Assembly (NCBI GenBank): GCA_963704655.1
Contig: OY969927.1
Span: 672,001 to 736,000, forward strand
DNA: 64,000 bases
Origin: an uncultured Candidatus Babeliaceae bacterium
GTDB taxonomy: Bacteria > Babelota > Babeliae > Babelales > Babelaceae
Direction: 5' to 3'
The notes under the pieces are model-generated. The model was not told where the DNA came from and did not search any database. It worked only from the letters and a program-made list of their open reading frames with translations. This document shows positions 49,245-58,726 of this stretch, one piece after another. The first letter of the stretch is position 1, and each line of letters opens with the position of its first letter. A program made the position numbers and the translations under genes.

Positions 49245-49985
49245 TTAGTTGAATTTATCAGGATAATTACAAAAGATGCCATCAACGCCCATTTCTTTCA
49301 TCATCTTTATCTCTTGGGCATCATTAACCGTGTACACGTATATTTCTAAGTTTCTACGGTGCGCCTCATCAACATATTCTTGTGTGAGTGAATTTTTTGA
49401 AATGCCTATTGCTGCATAAGCGCTAAAATCTTTTTTAAATGCTGCTAATGGCGCATCGGTGCCTTCATATAACCCGCCAATTTTAACTTCAGGGCACGCC
49501 TGATGGAAAAGTGCAAGCTCTGCATGGTTAAATGATGAGACATAAAAATCATCAAAAACCCACCCTTTTGTAGTAACATACTTGTATATCAGTTGAGCGG
49601 TTAATAAGGCAGTGTTTTCACCTTTTAGCTCGATATTAATTTTGACACGCTTGTTAACAAGATCAAAGACTTCAGCAAGCGTAGGGATCTTTTGTCCGTT
49701 GCCTGCATCAAGCTTTTTAAGTTCTGTTAAGCTCTTTTCCCACACGTTTCCAGTACCATTTGTTGTGCGATCCAGCGTATCATCATGCATTACCACAAGT
49801 TCACCAGAAGCACACTGATAAACATCCAGCTCGACCATATCAACGCCTAGATCAAGCGCACGCTTAAAAGAAATAAGGGTGTTTTCTGGTTCATAGCCAC
49901 AGGCGCCGCGATGGCCAATACGTAAAAATGCCTGGGCTGAAAAAACTATACATAACAACATAAACGATAAAAAAGATAATTTCAT
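49245..49985 (-). CDS. glpQ: Glycerophosphodiester phosphodiesterase
   Basis: GHRGA...PENT, ELDV, HDDTLDRTTNG, NIELK, YTVN; signal peptide. Confidence 0.92.
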   Translation of the reverse strand: MKLSFLSFMLLCIVFSAQAFLRIGHRGACGYEPENTLISFKRALDLGVDMVELDVYQCASGELVVMHDDTLDRTTNGTGNVWEKSLTELKKLDAGNGQKIPTLAEVFDLVNKRVKINIELKGENTALLTAQLIYKYVTTKGWVFDDFYVSSFNHAELALFHQACPEVKIGGLYEGTDAPLAAFKKDFSAYAAIGISKNSLTQEYVDEAHRRNLEIYVYTVNDAQEIKMMKEMGVDGIFCNYPDKFN

Positions 49986-50001
49986 AACAACCTTTCAGTA
50001 A

Positions 50002-50682
50002 TTAGATATTCAAAAAATCTATTTCATGATAACCATCGACCACAGAATCTGCAATAGTTATGAGCTCTCTGCTGCCGTGGGTATTAATGCCAATACAGTG
50101 CATGCCAGCAGCTTGTGCCGCCTTAATGCCTGTGGCAGAGTCTTCAATGGCGACACAATCACGTGGATCGATGCCCAATTGCGCAGCTGCGTGTAAATAA
50201 ATATCTGGGTTTGGTTTTCCTACATGGCCCACATGTGAAATGCCATAAATATGTTTACCAAAAAAAGTATCAAGTTTAAGGGCGTTATTGGTCAATTCAA
50301 CCGTGCGATCGTCAGCATTAGTTGCAATGGCGATGGGCATATGTGCCACTTGAGCATGAAATTCAGGGAAACCTCTAATAAACGTTACACCCTCTTTATA
50401 AAGTTCATGGGCATGGGCCTTTTTTTCGGCAGCCAACTGTTCTGGGGTCCCAGATAAATCAAACATCTGCTTGAGTAAGGCGCACCCATAACGCAGGCCG
50501 CCAGCGCCACCTGTCAACAGTTCACGAACAGTTTTATGAATTTCAGGGGTGTACGAAACGCCTTTTGAAATAAGAAGTTTCTGCGTTGCAATGTCCCAAA
50601 TCATATTAGTATCGACGATAGTACCATCCATATCGAATATAATTGCTTTGCAAGATATACGTTTTTGTACACTTTTCTTCAC
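50002..50682 (-). CDS. HAD family phosphatase (beta-PGM/CbbY-like)
   Basis: FDMDGTIVDT, GKPNPDIY, IEDSATG. Confidence 0.92.
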   Translation of the reverse strand: MKKSVQKRISCKAIIFDMDGTIVDTNMIWDIATQKLLISKGVSYTPEIHKTVRELLTGGAGGLRYGCALLKQMFDLSGTPEQLAAEKKAHAHELYKEGVTFIRGFPEFHAQVAHMPIAIATNADDRTVELTNNALKLDTFFGKHIYGISHVGHVGKPNPDIYLHAAAQLGIDPRDCVAIEDSATGIKAAQAAGMHCIGINTHGSRELITIADSVVDGYHEIDFLNI

Positions 50683-50758
50683 GGATGTCCTTTTCTAAAC
50701 TCTATAAATATGGTACAACTAATTCAAACAAAAAAAATACCTTTTAAAAGGATTTACA

Positions 50759-51424
50759 ATGAATAGCGTACTACGTTCATCGTATAAAACAATTATTACA
50801 ACAGCTTCTTACTCTTTTTTAAAATTACTTAAAATAAGTAAATTTTTAGGCTACCGCTTTAGCTTTTTTTCTGCATCACAGCTGATAACACCCGTTTTAG
50901 CGGCAGAAATAAGCTCTCAAGAATTAGTCGCCATTACGACATTACGCACGCTGTTGCATCTTTCTGTACAAACTTCGGTTACTGTCTTTGGGCTTTTGTA
51001 TTATATCCCAACATTTATTGGCGCCCTTTATTTTAAAGCATCGGTTTGCCACACCTCAAGCTTTGCATCAAAGATGGTGCGTATTTTTGCCCCCCTGGCA
51101 TGCATAGCAATTTTTGTAAGCACCTCAGTTGGTTCACAAGCGTGGGTATACTCAATCTATTGGCTTATCCCTGTACTACTCACACTTATACCGCATAGAT
51201 CGATATTTTTATCGGCACTTGCAAGTACTTTTATGGTTCATGCAGTCGGATCGGTTCTATTTATACTCAGCACGCCCATGGTCCCAGCTTTCTGGGTAGG
51301 TTTATTACCTATCGTTGCATTTGAACGTTGCTTGATAGCTGCAGGCATAACAGGGTTATACTACGCCGTTAAAATAACCCAGCACCTGCTTAAAGTTGTT
51401 ACCTTTCGCTTTGCAAACGCATAA
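50759..51424 (+). CDS. Membrane protein, possible ECF S-component
   Basis: About 6 TM helices, 221 aa; STFMVHAVGS, W..L.PIVAFER. Confidence 0.45.
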   Translation: MNSVLRSSYKTIITTASYSFLKLLKISKFLGYRFSFFSASQLITPVLAAEISSQELVAITTLRTLLHLSVQTSVTVFGLLYYIPTFIGALYFKASVCHTSSFASKMVRIFAPLACIAIFVSTSVGSQAWVYSIYWLIPVLLTLIPHRSIFLSALASTFMVHAVGSVLFILSTPMVPAFWVGLLPIVAFERCLIAAGITGLYYAVKITQHLLKVVTFRFANA

Positions 51425-51426
51425 AA

Positions 51427-52254
51427 ATGATCTTTAAAAAACTGTACACTATACTTTTTTGCGCTGCTCTTTTTGGTTGCGTATACGCAGTGTGGCTCTA
51501 TTACCGCTACACGCACTACAATAAACTCGCAAATCTTCAGCAAGAAATTCCGCAAGAAAAACGCATTAAGCATCTTGGCATTATTATGGACGGCAACCGC
51601 CGCTGGGCAAAATCGCATGGCTATAAGCCGTGGATTGGGCACAAGAAAGGCGTTGAACCCGTACGCACCACACTTGAATTTTGTATCAAAAATCAGATAC
51701 CGTACCTTACGCTCTATGTCTTTTCTTTGGAGAATTTTAATAGGCCCCAAGAAGAGCTGTCTTACTTATTTGATGTACTTGCACAGCAAATTGCAGACCA
51801 AGAGCTTGATAAACTCTTTAAAGAAGGCATTAAAGTACGCTTTATTGGTGAACGTTCACTGTTTCCTGAAAAACTTAAACCGCTTATTGAAGATATAGAA
51901 AATAAGACGCAAAACGGCACCAAACTGACCCTTAATCTACTTTTTTGCTATGGCGGCCAGCAAGAAATAGTCGCTGCATGCAAAAAAATCGCCCAAGAAT
52001 GCACAAATGGCATTTTAAAGCCTGAAGACATCACACCTGAACTCTTTGCCGAACAGCTCTGGAGCGGCCCTGTTCCACCCCCCGATTTAATAATAAGGAC
52101 GGCCGGAGACCAACGATTAAGTAATTTCCTGACTTGGGGTTCAGCCTATAGCGAACTCACCTTCTTGCCCTGTTTTTGGCCCGAAATAACCGAAAATAGG
52201 CTTGCGGCAACCACCGCAGACTACTACAACCGTAAACGCACCTTTGGCCGATAA
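51427..52254 (+). CDS. uppS: Undecaprenyl-diphosphate synthase (cis-prenyltransferase) with N-terminal TM
   Basis: HLGIIMDGNRRWA, FSLENFNRP.EE, YGG..EI, PDLIIRTAGDQRLSNF, R.RTFG. Confidence 0.96.
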   Translation: MIFKKLYTILFCAALFGCVYAVWLYYRYTHYNKLANLQQEIPQEKRIKHLGIIMDGNRRWAKSHGYKPWIGHKKGVEPVRTTLEFCIKNQIPYLTLYVFSLENFNRPQEELSYLFDVLAQQIADQELDKLFKEGIKVRFIGERSLFPEKLKPLIEDIENKTQNGTKLTLNLLFCYGGQQEIVAACKKIAQECTNGILKPEDITPELFAEQLWSGPVPPPDLIIRTAGDQRLSNFLTWGSAYSELTFLPCFWPEITENRLAATTADYYNRKRTFGR

Positions 52255-52355
52255 ATTCTTCATTTCTAGCCCCCATTTTACAATTAATTCCTATTTTGTT
52301 ATTATTAAATAGTAATAAAAAAATAGAAAGATATCTAAAAAATAAAGGAAGTTTT

Positions 52356-52742
52356 ATGAAAAAAATAGTAGCAATCTTAATTCTTACACTGACAAGCCTA
52401 TTGCCATCGTCCACTCAGGCGTCCACTGAGGCATTTAATGTACCATTATGGGGAATCGCCGCGCAAGCGACTATAGCCTATATACCTTTAATGCTCTCTG
52501 ACCCTGTTCTGAAAGACCGACCATCGATTAGTAATATGTTATATTCCAGAATGTCATATCGTACCAGAACCGCGCTTCTTCTGACGTCTGTGATTATAAG
52601 CACATCAAGTTTTCTTGACCTTGCTGATTCACGTGGATTTCTGGGCTTGTTACACAAAGCTGAGTTGTTACCTGAAGATTCAAGTAACTTATACCAATCA
52701 ATAATAGCTATCGGTCTTATTTCTATTTACGCATTATCATAA
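52356..52742 (+). CDS. Secreted/membrane hypothetical protein
   Basis: AAGGAAG RBS; MKKIVAILILTL signal peptide; hydrophobic segments. Confidence 0.65.
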   Translation: MKKIVAILILTLTSLLPSSTQASTEAFNVPLWGIAAQATIAYIPLMLSDPVLKDRPSISNMLYSRMSYRTRTALLLTSVIISTSSFLDLADSRGFLGLLHKAELLPEDSSNLYQSIIAIGLISIYALS

Positions 52743-52777
52743 ACAACTAAATATATCTTAAAATTTCAGGGTTTTTT

Positions 52778-52925
52778 ATGAAAAAAATAGTAGCAATCTT
52801 AATTCTTACGCTGGCAAGCTTTTTTGCCAGCATCCACTCAGGCATTTAATGCACCATTTACGGGAATTTTTGGCAGAAGTAGTTATAGCCCAAATATCTT
52901 TAAAGCTTTCAGAAAAGATTCGTGA
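52778..52925 (+). pseudogene. Frameshifted second copy of the 52356 gene 5' end
   Basis: First 32 nt identical (atgaaaaaaatagtagcaatcttaattcttac); T6 run shifts the frame. Confidence 0.7.
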
Positions 52926-52965
52926 GGTGGCCTTAAGTATAAACTGGGATTGTTACAAAAATGGG

Positions 52966-53202
52966 GATATTACCCCTGCGCTCTTCAATGGCCAACTTTG
53001 GGGCCAACTTTGGATGCCTAATTCACCCTGATTTAATAATCAAGACGGCCGGAGACCAACGATTAAGTAATTTCCGATTTGAGAGTTCAGCCTATAACGA
53101 ACTCACCTTCTTGCCCTGTTTTTGGCCCGAAATAACCCCGAAGAAAAACTTGCCGCAACTATAGCAGACTTCTATAAACGCAAACGGACATTTGGCCGGT
53201 AA
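52966..53202 (+). pseudogene. Degenerate copy of the uppS 3' end (~240 nt)
   Basis: PDLIIKTAGDQRLSNF...ELTFLPCFWPEIT...KRKRTFGR*, with indels, matching 52027-52254. Confidence 0.92.
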
Positions 53203-53213
53203 AAAAATAAATT

Positions 53214-54104
53214 TTAATCTTCTTTGCCCTGTAAGCCCGCTATATTTCTTACATCTTTGTAGCGTTCCCGAATATGCCAATTAAGCTTAAGCATAAGGTT
53301 TACATAGTTTGTGCTACCAATTTCAGGGTTTAACGCAGATTTAAGTTCTGTAAAATCTTTTTGTATCTCACTATACACATCATAAGCCTTATAAGAAGCA
53401 GTCCCGACACCAAAGGTCGCCATACCACCTGCAATTAAAAGGGGGTTACGCTCTGCAAAATCAATAGCTTTCTTTTGAATATCGGTAATAGTAGTATCAG
53501 CCTTTTTAAAAACACCTTTTTCATCTAAATAGCCTTCTACGTGTGGATGAGTAGCCTGGAAGGTCTTTTCTTGGCAATAATTCACTACGATTTGCTTTAA
53601 TTTATTAAGGGTTGGCAGTGCTGGAATAACTTCGCGAACAAGCTTTGGGTCACTAGATTCATCAATTGCTTTGTTCACCTGCACATTAAGCTCTTTGCTA
53701 TAACTTTCTAGCCCTGATTTAGAGGCAATTGCTGAAGTCGCCCGATGCATCGCCATATTTAAAACAGCATTGTAGCAATGTTCAAAAGCCATTTTTGACA
53801 ATGAATCAGTTGAAAGATTAGGCTTAGATGGAGAATTAGGTTTAGAAACCTCATTTTTGCTCGTCTTCGTCTCAGGCTCAGGATTTACTGATAAATTTAT
53901 AAAATCTGGGCCATATTCAAGATTAACCTCATTTGGATTGAAATAACCTTTTGTCCAACTCAAAAGCCCTTTTGCATAGGGACGCACTACTTTTTTTATC
54001 TCTTTCGATCCTGGTTCTTGAAAGGCCCACAGATTGAATGAGATTAAAGCCGAAAAGGCTGTTAAGAATATAATTCTAAAGTTTTTTTTAGAAAAATGCT
54101 TCAT
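53214..54104 (-). CDS. Secreted hypothetical protein with one TM segment
   Basis: Signal peptide ..NLWA; LLIAGGMATFGVGTASY; GGGAG RBS. Confidence 0.65.
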   Translation of the reverse strand: MKHFSKKNFRIIFLTAFSALISFNLWAFQEPGSKEIKKVVRPYAKGLLSWTKGYFNPNEVNLEYGPDFINLSVNPEPETKTSKNEVSKPNSPSKPNLSTDSLSKMAFEHCYNAVLNMAMHRATSAIASKSGLESYSKELNVQVNKAIDESSDPKLVREVIPALPTLNKLKQIVVNYCQEKTFQATHPHVEGYLDEKGVFKKADTTITDIQKKAIDFAERNPLLIAGGMATFGVGTASYKAYDVYSEIQKDFTELKSALNPEIGSTNYVNLMLKLNWHIRERYKDVRNIAGLQGKED

Positions 54105-54286
54105 AATCTCCCTTCTTTAATGCAGATTCATATTGTCTAATTAATATTGTCTATTAGTACAATTATACACAAAATCAATAAATTTTACAAGTGGAAATTA
54201 TTAATTACAATATTTCAGGTTGACATTTTTTAATTCTTCTATAGAATAAAATAAATATAAAAAAATAGAAAAGCTTAGAAGAAGTC

Positions 54287-54886
54287 ATGAAAAAACTAAT
54301 GTTATTTTTTGCCGGTATAGTTTTTTGGTCGACCATGCAGGGATTCGATGAATCCTTAAGGCCATTTATCCCTTTTAAAGCCGCTGATGAATTTACCGAG
54401 AAATCACTCGAAATAACTGAAAAATTTAAAAGGACTAACCGAAATGCTATAAATTTCCCATTCAAAGCATTTGAGATCTTTTGCAAAAATGAAGTGGACT
54501 CGATTCTTATAACAAATCCTGAAAAAACAAAGACCTTTGGATCGTTGGTATATTTATTTTTTAATAGCTCGATAGAAAAAAATGATCAACACAATCCAGC
54601 CTATATTTATATAACAAACATCAAAATTACGCGCCAATTGCGCGGCAACGGCTTGGGGTCAGCACTTTTTAATTATGTTCTGCATAAACAACACCCAGAA
54701 AAAATATCCTATATTGAACTTGCCTCGGCAGCATCTGACTATGAATACGAAAAGATCCCGCATGCAAAAGCGCGTGAGCGACTCAACAATTTTTATAAAA
54801 ATCTAGGTATGGTTAAAAAAATTGGCACGGTAAATCAATATATCCTGCATCTTGATACCACAAAAAAAATAAAAGGGGCACCATGA
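54287..54886 (+). CDS. Secreted GNAT acetyltransferase 1
   Basis: Signal peptide; LRGNGLGSALF, LNNFYKNLG. Confidence 0.8.
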   Translation: MKKLMLFFAGIVFWSTMQGFDESLRPFIPFKAADEFTEKSLEITEKFKRTNRNAINFPFKAFEIFCKNEVDSILITNPEKTKTFGSLVYLFFNSSIEKNDQHNPAYIYITNIKITRQLRGNGLGSALFNYVLHKQHPEKISYIELASAASDYEYEKIPHAKARERLNNFYKNLGMVKKIGTVNQYILHLDTTKKIKGAP

Positions 54887-55335
54887 AAAAAATAATATCA
54901 TCACTCTTATTCTTCTTTAGCTTCATAGTACAAGCAAATCCTGTAGAGATAACTGAAGAATTTTCACTAAAAAAAGAGATCAATGGTAAACGTATTTATG
55001 TATCGCTTTTAAAAGGTTCTCAAAAAATAGGCATTGCTAGCGGAACGGAATTTTTAGAGTACATAACTCTGGGGGTTTTGAATGTTTTAGAAAAAAAAGA
55101 TCGCAAGAATGGCAATGGTTCACGGCTTTTAAAAGAATTTTTAGCCTATGCACAAGAACGCAATAAGCTCGTGTTAGCAAAAGTGTATCCTATGGACTGT
55201 AATAATGACCTAAAGGGACTTTTAATCTTTTATGAAAAGCGTGGAGCTCAGATCATCAACGCTTCATATATTGATAAAGAAGATGGAATTGAAAAAGCCA
55301 TAATAGCGTTCCAAAAACACGTTACGCAGGCATAA
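54883..55335 (+). CDS. Secreted GNAT acetyltransferase 2
   Basis: Signal peptide; RKNGNGSRLL, LIFYEKRG. Confidence 0.8.
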   Translation: MKKIISSLLFFFSFIVQANPVEITEEFSLKKEINGKRIYVSLLKGSQKIGIASGTEFLEYITLGVLNVLEKKDRKNGNGSRLLKEFLAYAQERNKLVLAKVYPMDCNNDLKGLLIFYEKRGAQIINASYIDKEDGIEKAIIAFQKHVTQA

Positions 55336-55853
55336 TGAAAAAAATAATATCAACTTTTTTATTATTCTTTACCATCTTGCTACCAGCAAATCCCGTAGAT
55401 ATAACTAAAGAGTTTTGCACAACAACTAACTTCGAAATGGGTTCTGGATTCAAAATCTTTTCAGAAAAAACATCTTTTTATAAGCGCCCTGCTCTATGCA
55501 TAACTATTAAAAATCAATCAGACGGAGCAAAAATAGGCGAAATCTCTTATTCAAAAAAACAATCCCCCGATAAAAGCACATATCATAATGTTGTTGAAAG
55601 TATAGCCATTGAGGAAAATTTTCAATCAAAAGGATACGGCTCACTTTTATTAAAATATGCTTTGGCTCAATGTTCCACAAAAGAATGTCTGGGAACAAAT
55701 GTTTTTGCAACAACCACAAATTCAAGTGACCCAAATGATTACAAACGCCTCAAAGCTTTTTATATACGCGCCGGTGGCATTCTTGAAAATAATTCTGAAA
55801 CAAAGCTTACAGGAAGATTCAACTTTCCATCGCACTACACGGAGAAAGCATAA
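55335..55853 (+). CDS. Secreted GNAT acetyltransferase 3
   Basis: Signal peptide; FQSKGYGSLLL, LKAFYIRAG. Confidence 0.8.
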   Translation: MKKIISTFLLFFTILLPANPVDITKEFCTTTNFEMGSGFKIFSEKTSFYKRPALCITIKNQSDGAKIGEISYSKKQSPDKSTYHNVVESIAIEENFQSKGYGSLLLKYALAQCSTKECLGTNVFATTTNSSDPNDYKRLKAFYIRAGGILENNSETKLTGRFNFPSHYTEKA

Positions 55854-56311
55854 TGAAAAAATTAATCTTATTAATAACCTGTATTTTAGCCCAATTTAAA
55901 ACTCTAGCATCTCTAGAAGTCTATGTTAAAGAGAGCACAAAAAAAAATGTAACCACTTTAATACCCTACAATAAACAAACTGACATGCCACTTGGATTAT
56001 GCACGTATGAAAATCAACCAGATAAAATTACTTTAGGCTATTTACGGATAAACACAGGCTACAGAAAACAACAAATTGGCTCCCTATTACTCAACAAAGT
56101 ACTCGAGACTGCAAGAAGCGTACAAAGGCCTATTCACGCTGAAGTAAGCCCCTTGGCTGAAACAACTTCGGGAAAAACTGATAAAGAGCTGTTGAATGAT
56201 TTACTACGATTTTACACCAGGCATGGTGCGGAAATAGTTGAACTGCGGGAACACGAAGCAGATATAGTTTTCAATAAACATCTTTTGCAAGAAAATACTG
56301 ATGAATTTTAA
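55853..56311 (+). CDS. Secreted GNAT acetyltransferase 4
   Basis: Signal peptide; YRKQQIGSLLL, LRFYTRHG. Confidence 0.8.
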   Translation: MKKLILLITCILAQFKTLASLEVYVKESTKKNVTTLIPYNKQTDMPLGLCTYENQPDKITLGYLRINTGYRKQQIGSLLLNKVLETARSVQRPIHAEVSPLAETTSGKTDKELLNDLLRFYTRHGAEIVELREHEADIVFNKHLLQENTDEF

Positions 56312-57009
56312 AAAAGAACTACTAACTGTACAAGTAACGGCTTTTTAAGATCTATCCAAGAACCGGGCAAAGGCTTTTGAGCAATAATAGTTCCTGGCAG
56401 AAAGTCACGGTATTTTTTTAAATCATTGCTTTCTTTAAAAAGCGTCACAGTTATTCCATAATTTTCTAAAAACTCTTGAACAACTATACTATCTTGCCCT
56501 ATTACATCAGGCATAATACGATTTGTTTGTGGCCCAGAACTGACTAAAAGCTGAACGGTTTGATTATCATAAGCAAGTCCTGGCTCTGGACTTTGCGCAA
56601 TAACGGTTCCTGCCGGCATATGATGCATAATTAGATGTGATTTGATAAAAACACCATCTTGCGTGGCCCTTTGCTGCCATTTTGCTTCATTTTTCCCAGT
56701 AAAATCGGGAATATTTGATTGGTTTGGAATTTTGGAAATAGTAATAAAGACCGCCTGTTTTGGCTTTATAGATGCCCCTGGCACCGGTTTTTGTGCTAAA
56801 ATTGTCCCCGGGCTTGTTTCTGTCGCCTCAAGTTCAGATAAAATCTTTAACGTAAACCCCTGATCAGTCGCTTGGCGCAATGCATAGGTTACTGAATGAC
56901 CCAATAAAGCTGGCGCTTTAAGGGACTTTTCATGAACAAAGAATGAAATCAGGCCAAAACCTGCTAGAAATGCGATAAAGGGAATAAAGACATAGAGAGA
57001 ATAATTCAT
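56308..57009 (-). CDS. PASTA-domain membrane protein (3 repeats)
   Basis: N-terminal TM; GTILAQKPVPG, GTVIAQSPEPG, GTIIAQKPLPG; PD..G motifs. Confidence 0.9.
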   Translation of the reverse strand: MNYSLYVFIPFIAFLAGFGLISFFVHEKSLKAPALLGHSVTYALRQATDQGFTLKILSELEATETSPGTILAQKPVPGASIKPKQAVFITISKIPNQSNIPDFTGKNEAKWQQRATQDGVFIKSHLIMHHMPAGTVIAQSPEPGLAYDNQTVQLLVSSGPQTNRIMPDVIGQDSIVVQEFLENYGITVTLFKESNDLKKYRDFLPGTIIAQKPLPGSWIDLKKPLLVQLVVLF

Positions 57010-57023
57010 GATTTTTACTACGT

Positions 57024-57057
57024 CCGCTCATCCTGAGCTTGTCGAAGGGTTAGGCGG
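57024..57057 (+). repeat. REP-like repeat, family A
   Basis: ccgctcatcctgagcttgtcgaagggttaggcgg. Confidence 0.85.
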
Positions 57058-57080
57058 TTCAAATAAAGTTTTTTAATAGT

Positions 57081-57479
57081 GATTAAGGTGACCAATAAGC
57101 CAGATTCTGTTACACCCAATTTCTTGGGCATATGGCAACCATTTCTCTGAGCGATACACCCGCATAATAATTCTACTACGCTCTTTCGAGCTTCGAAGAA
57201 CAGGCCGGAACGAATACCGTATATGCTGCTTGATCTTGCTCCAGGTAGGGTTTGCCGCCCTCAGCTAGTCACCTAACTGAGCCGTGCGCTCTTACCGCAC
57301 ATTTTCACCCTTACAAGCGCCTAAGCGCGAGCGGTCTTGTCTCTGTGGCACTTTCCATGATTTACATCTTCTGCAGCTTTTCAACCGTAGATACCATCTT
57401 CGTTTGGAGTCTGGACTTTCCTCATTACGCCATAGCTCAATGAGCGACGGCAAACGCGATTGCCTAGGCTACCTTAACC
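57081..57479 (-). ncRNA. rnpB: RNase P RNA
   Basis: Minus strand GAGGAAAGUCC, GGAAAGUGCCACAGA, GGCAAACCC..GGAGCAAG, ACAGAAUCUGGCUUA; P1 GGUUAAGGU pairs with ACCUUAAUC; upstream TATAAT. Confidence 0.96.
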
Positions 57480-57614
57480 ACCATATATACCAGATTATAC
57501 ACTATTTTACTCCAATTGTCTTCATACCACGCATTAACATATTGCCAATTTGACATTTTTTTACAATTTAGTAAACTAATAGTAATCAAAAAAAGTAAAA
57601 ATTAGAGGTGATTT

Positions 57615-58178
57615 ATGAATTTTAAGAACTTTTTTCTATTATTCTCTGTGATCATAGCCACGACCCACGCTCAAGACCCAGAATTAGGTGATATTACCCA
57701 GGAATTTTGTAAGGTAACTAATACACCTGATACTATCTGCGCACAGTTTCAAGCTTTTAAAAGAAAGCTAACTCCCGCCAGAACGGAAGTGGAACTTTTC
57801 AAAAAAGTGGTCAAAACACCAAATAGCCTCGAACTCGAGCCTTCTGAACCAGAAAGACAAAAAATAGGGTATGTCGAATATACCAAAACTAAAGATAATG
57901 TTATTAGGGTAGAATGGTTAAAAGTTAATGACGATTTTCAAGGTAACAATTATGGCTCAAAATTATTACTGTATGCACTAGCACAATGCAATAATTGCCC
58001 TTATACCACCCTCATGGCCAGCCCATTTACCGCCAGATCCGATAGCCGACCTGAAAAATATCAAAAACTTAAACAATTTTATGCTAGCCATGGCGGAAAA
58101 GTCCTTTATGAAGGTTCCGAACACTGGGATGAATCCAAGCCCACTTATGCACGAATGTATTTTTCTGAGAATTTTTAG
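57615..58178 (+). CDS. Secreted GNAT acetyltransferase 5
   Basis: Signal peptide; DITQEFCKVTNTPDTIC; FQGNNYGSKLL; LKQFYASHGG. Confidence 0.8.
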   Translation: MNFKNFFLLFSVIIATTHAQDPELGDITQEFCKVTNTPDTICAQFQAFKRKLTPARTEVELFKKVVKTPNSLELEPSEPERQKIGYVEYTKTKDNVIRVEWLKVNDDFQGNNYGSKLLLYALAQCNNCPYTTLMASPFTARSDSRPEKYQKLKQFYASHGGKVLYEGSEHWDESKPTYARMYFSENF

Positions 58179-58201
58179 ACAAGTTAACGATAAAAAATAC
58201 C

Positions 58202-58726
58202 ATGAATAAAATATCCCACTACATATTAAGCATAAGCATTCTGATTGCATTTCAGATAAAAGCCGTTATTACTATAAGCACCACAACGAATATCACTGAA
58301 GAATTCTGTAAAGTTACTGAAACTCCAGATACCATCTGTGAAAAGTTTCAAGCATATAAAAGAGTATTTTATGATCGAATCCAAATCGACCTTATAGAAA
58401 AAAATACGCATAATGATATCGGATACGTATCGTTTCAAAAAGACAACAATAACAACATGCAGATAAAATCGTTAGAAATTGAACCTAAATTTCAAGAAAA
58501 CAAGCATGGCTCAAGATTATTACGCTACACGCTTGCTCAATGTACTGGCGCCTGTACCAAAACATTATTAAAAGCATACCCTTCTGCGGCATCAACAGAA
58601 AATCACGATCGGGAACTAGAACGATTAATAAAATTTTACGAAAGACATGGCGGTAAAATGCTTGATAGAGATCAAGAAGCTGCTCACTTCGAATTTAAAA
58701 ACCAGGGACAAAAGAATCATGCATAA
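58202..58726 (+). CDS. Secreted GNAT acetyltransferase 6
   Basis: Signal peptide; NITEEFCKVTETPDTIC; FQENKHGSRLL; LIKFYERHGG. Confidence 0.8.
   Translation: MNKISHYILSISILIAFQIKAVITISTTTNITEEFCKVTETPDTICEKFQAYKRVFYDRIQIDLIEKNTHNDIGYVSFQKDNNNNMQIKSLEIEPKFQENKHGSRLLRYTLAQCTGACTKTLLKAYPSAASTENHDRELERLIKFYERHGGKMLDRDQEAAHFEFKNQGQKNHA

Noticed and set aside
52849-53280. ORFs 52849..53031, 52961..53164 and 53092..53280 as genes
   Set aside because: Fragments or shadows of the frameshifted uppS remnant.
57252-57553. ORFs 57252..57443 and 57284..57553
   Set aside because: Antisense to the RNase P RNA gene; spurious.
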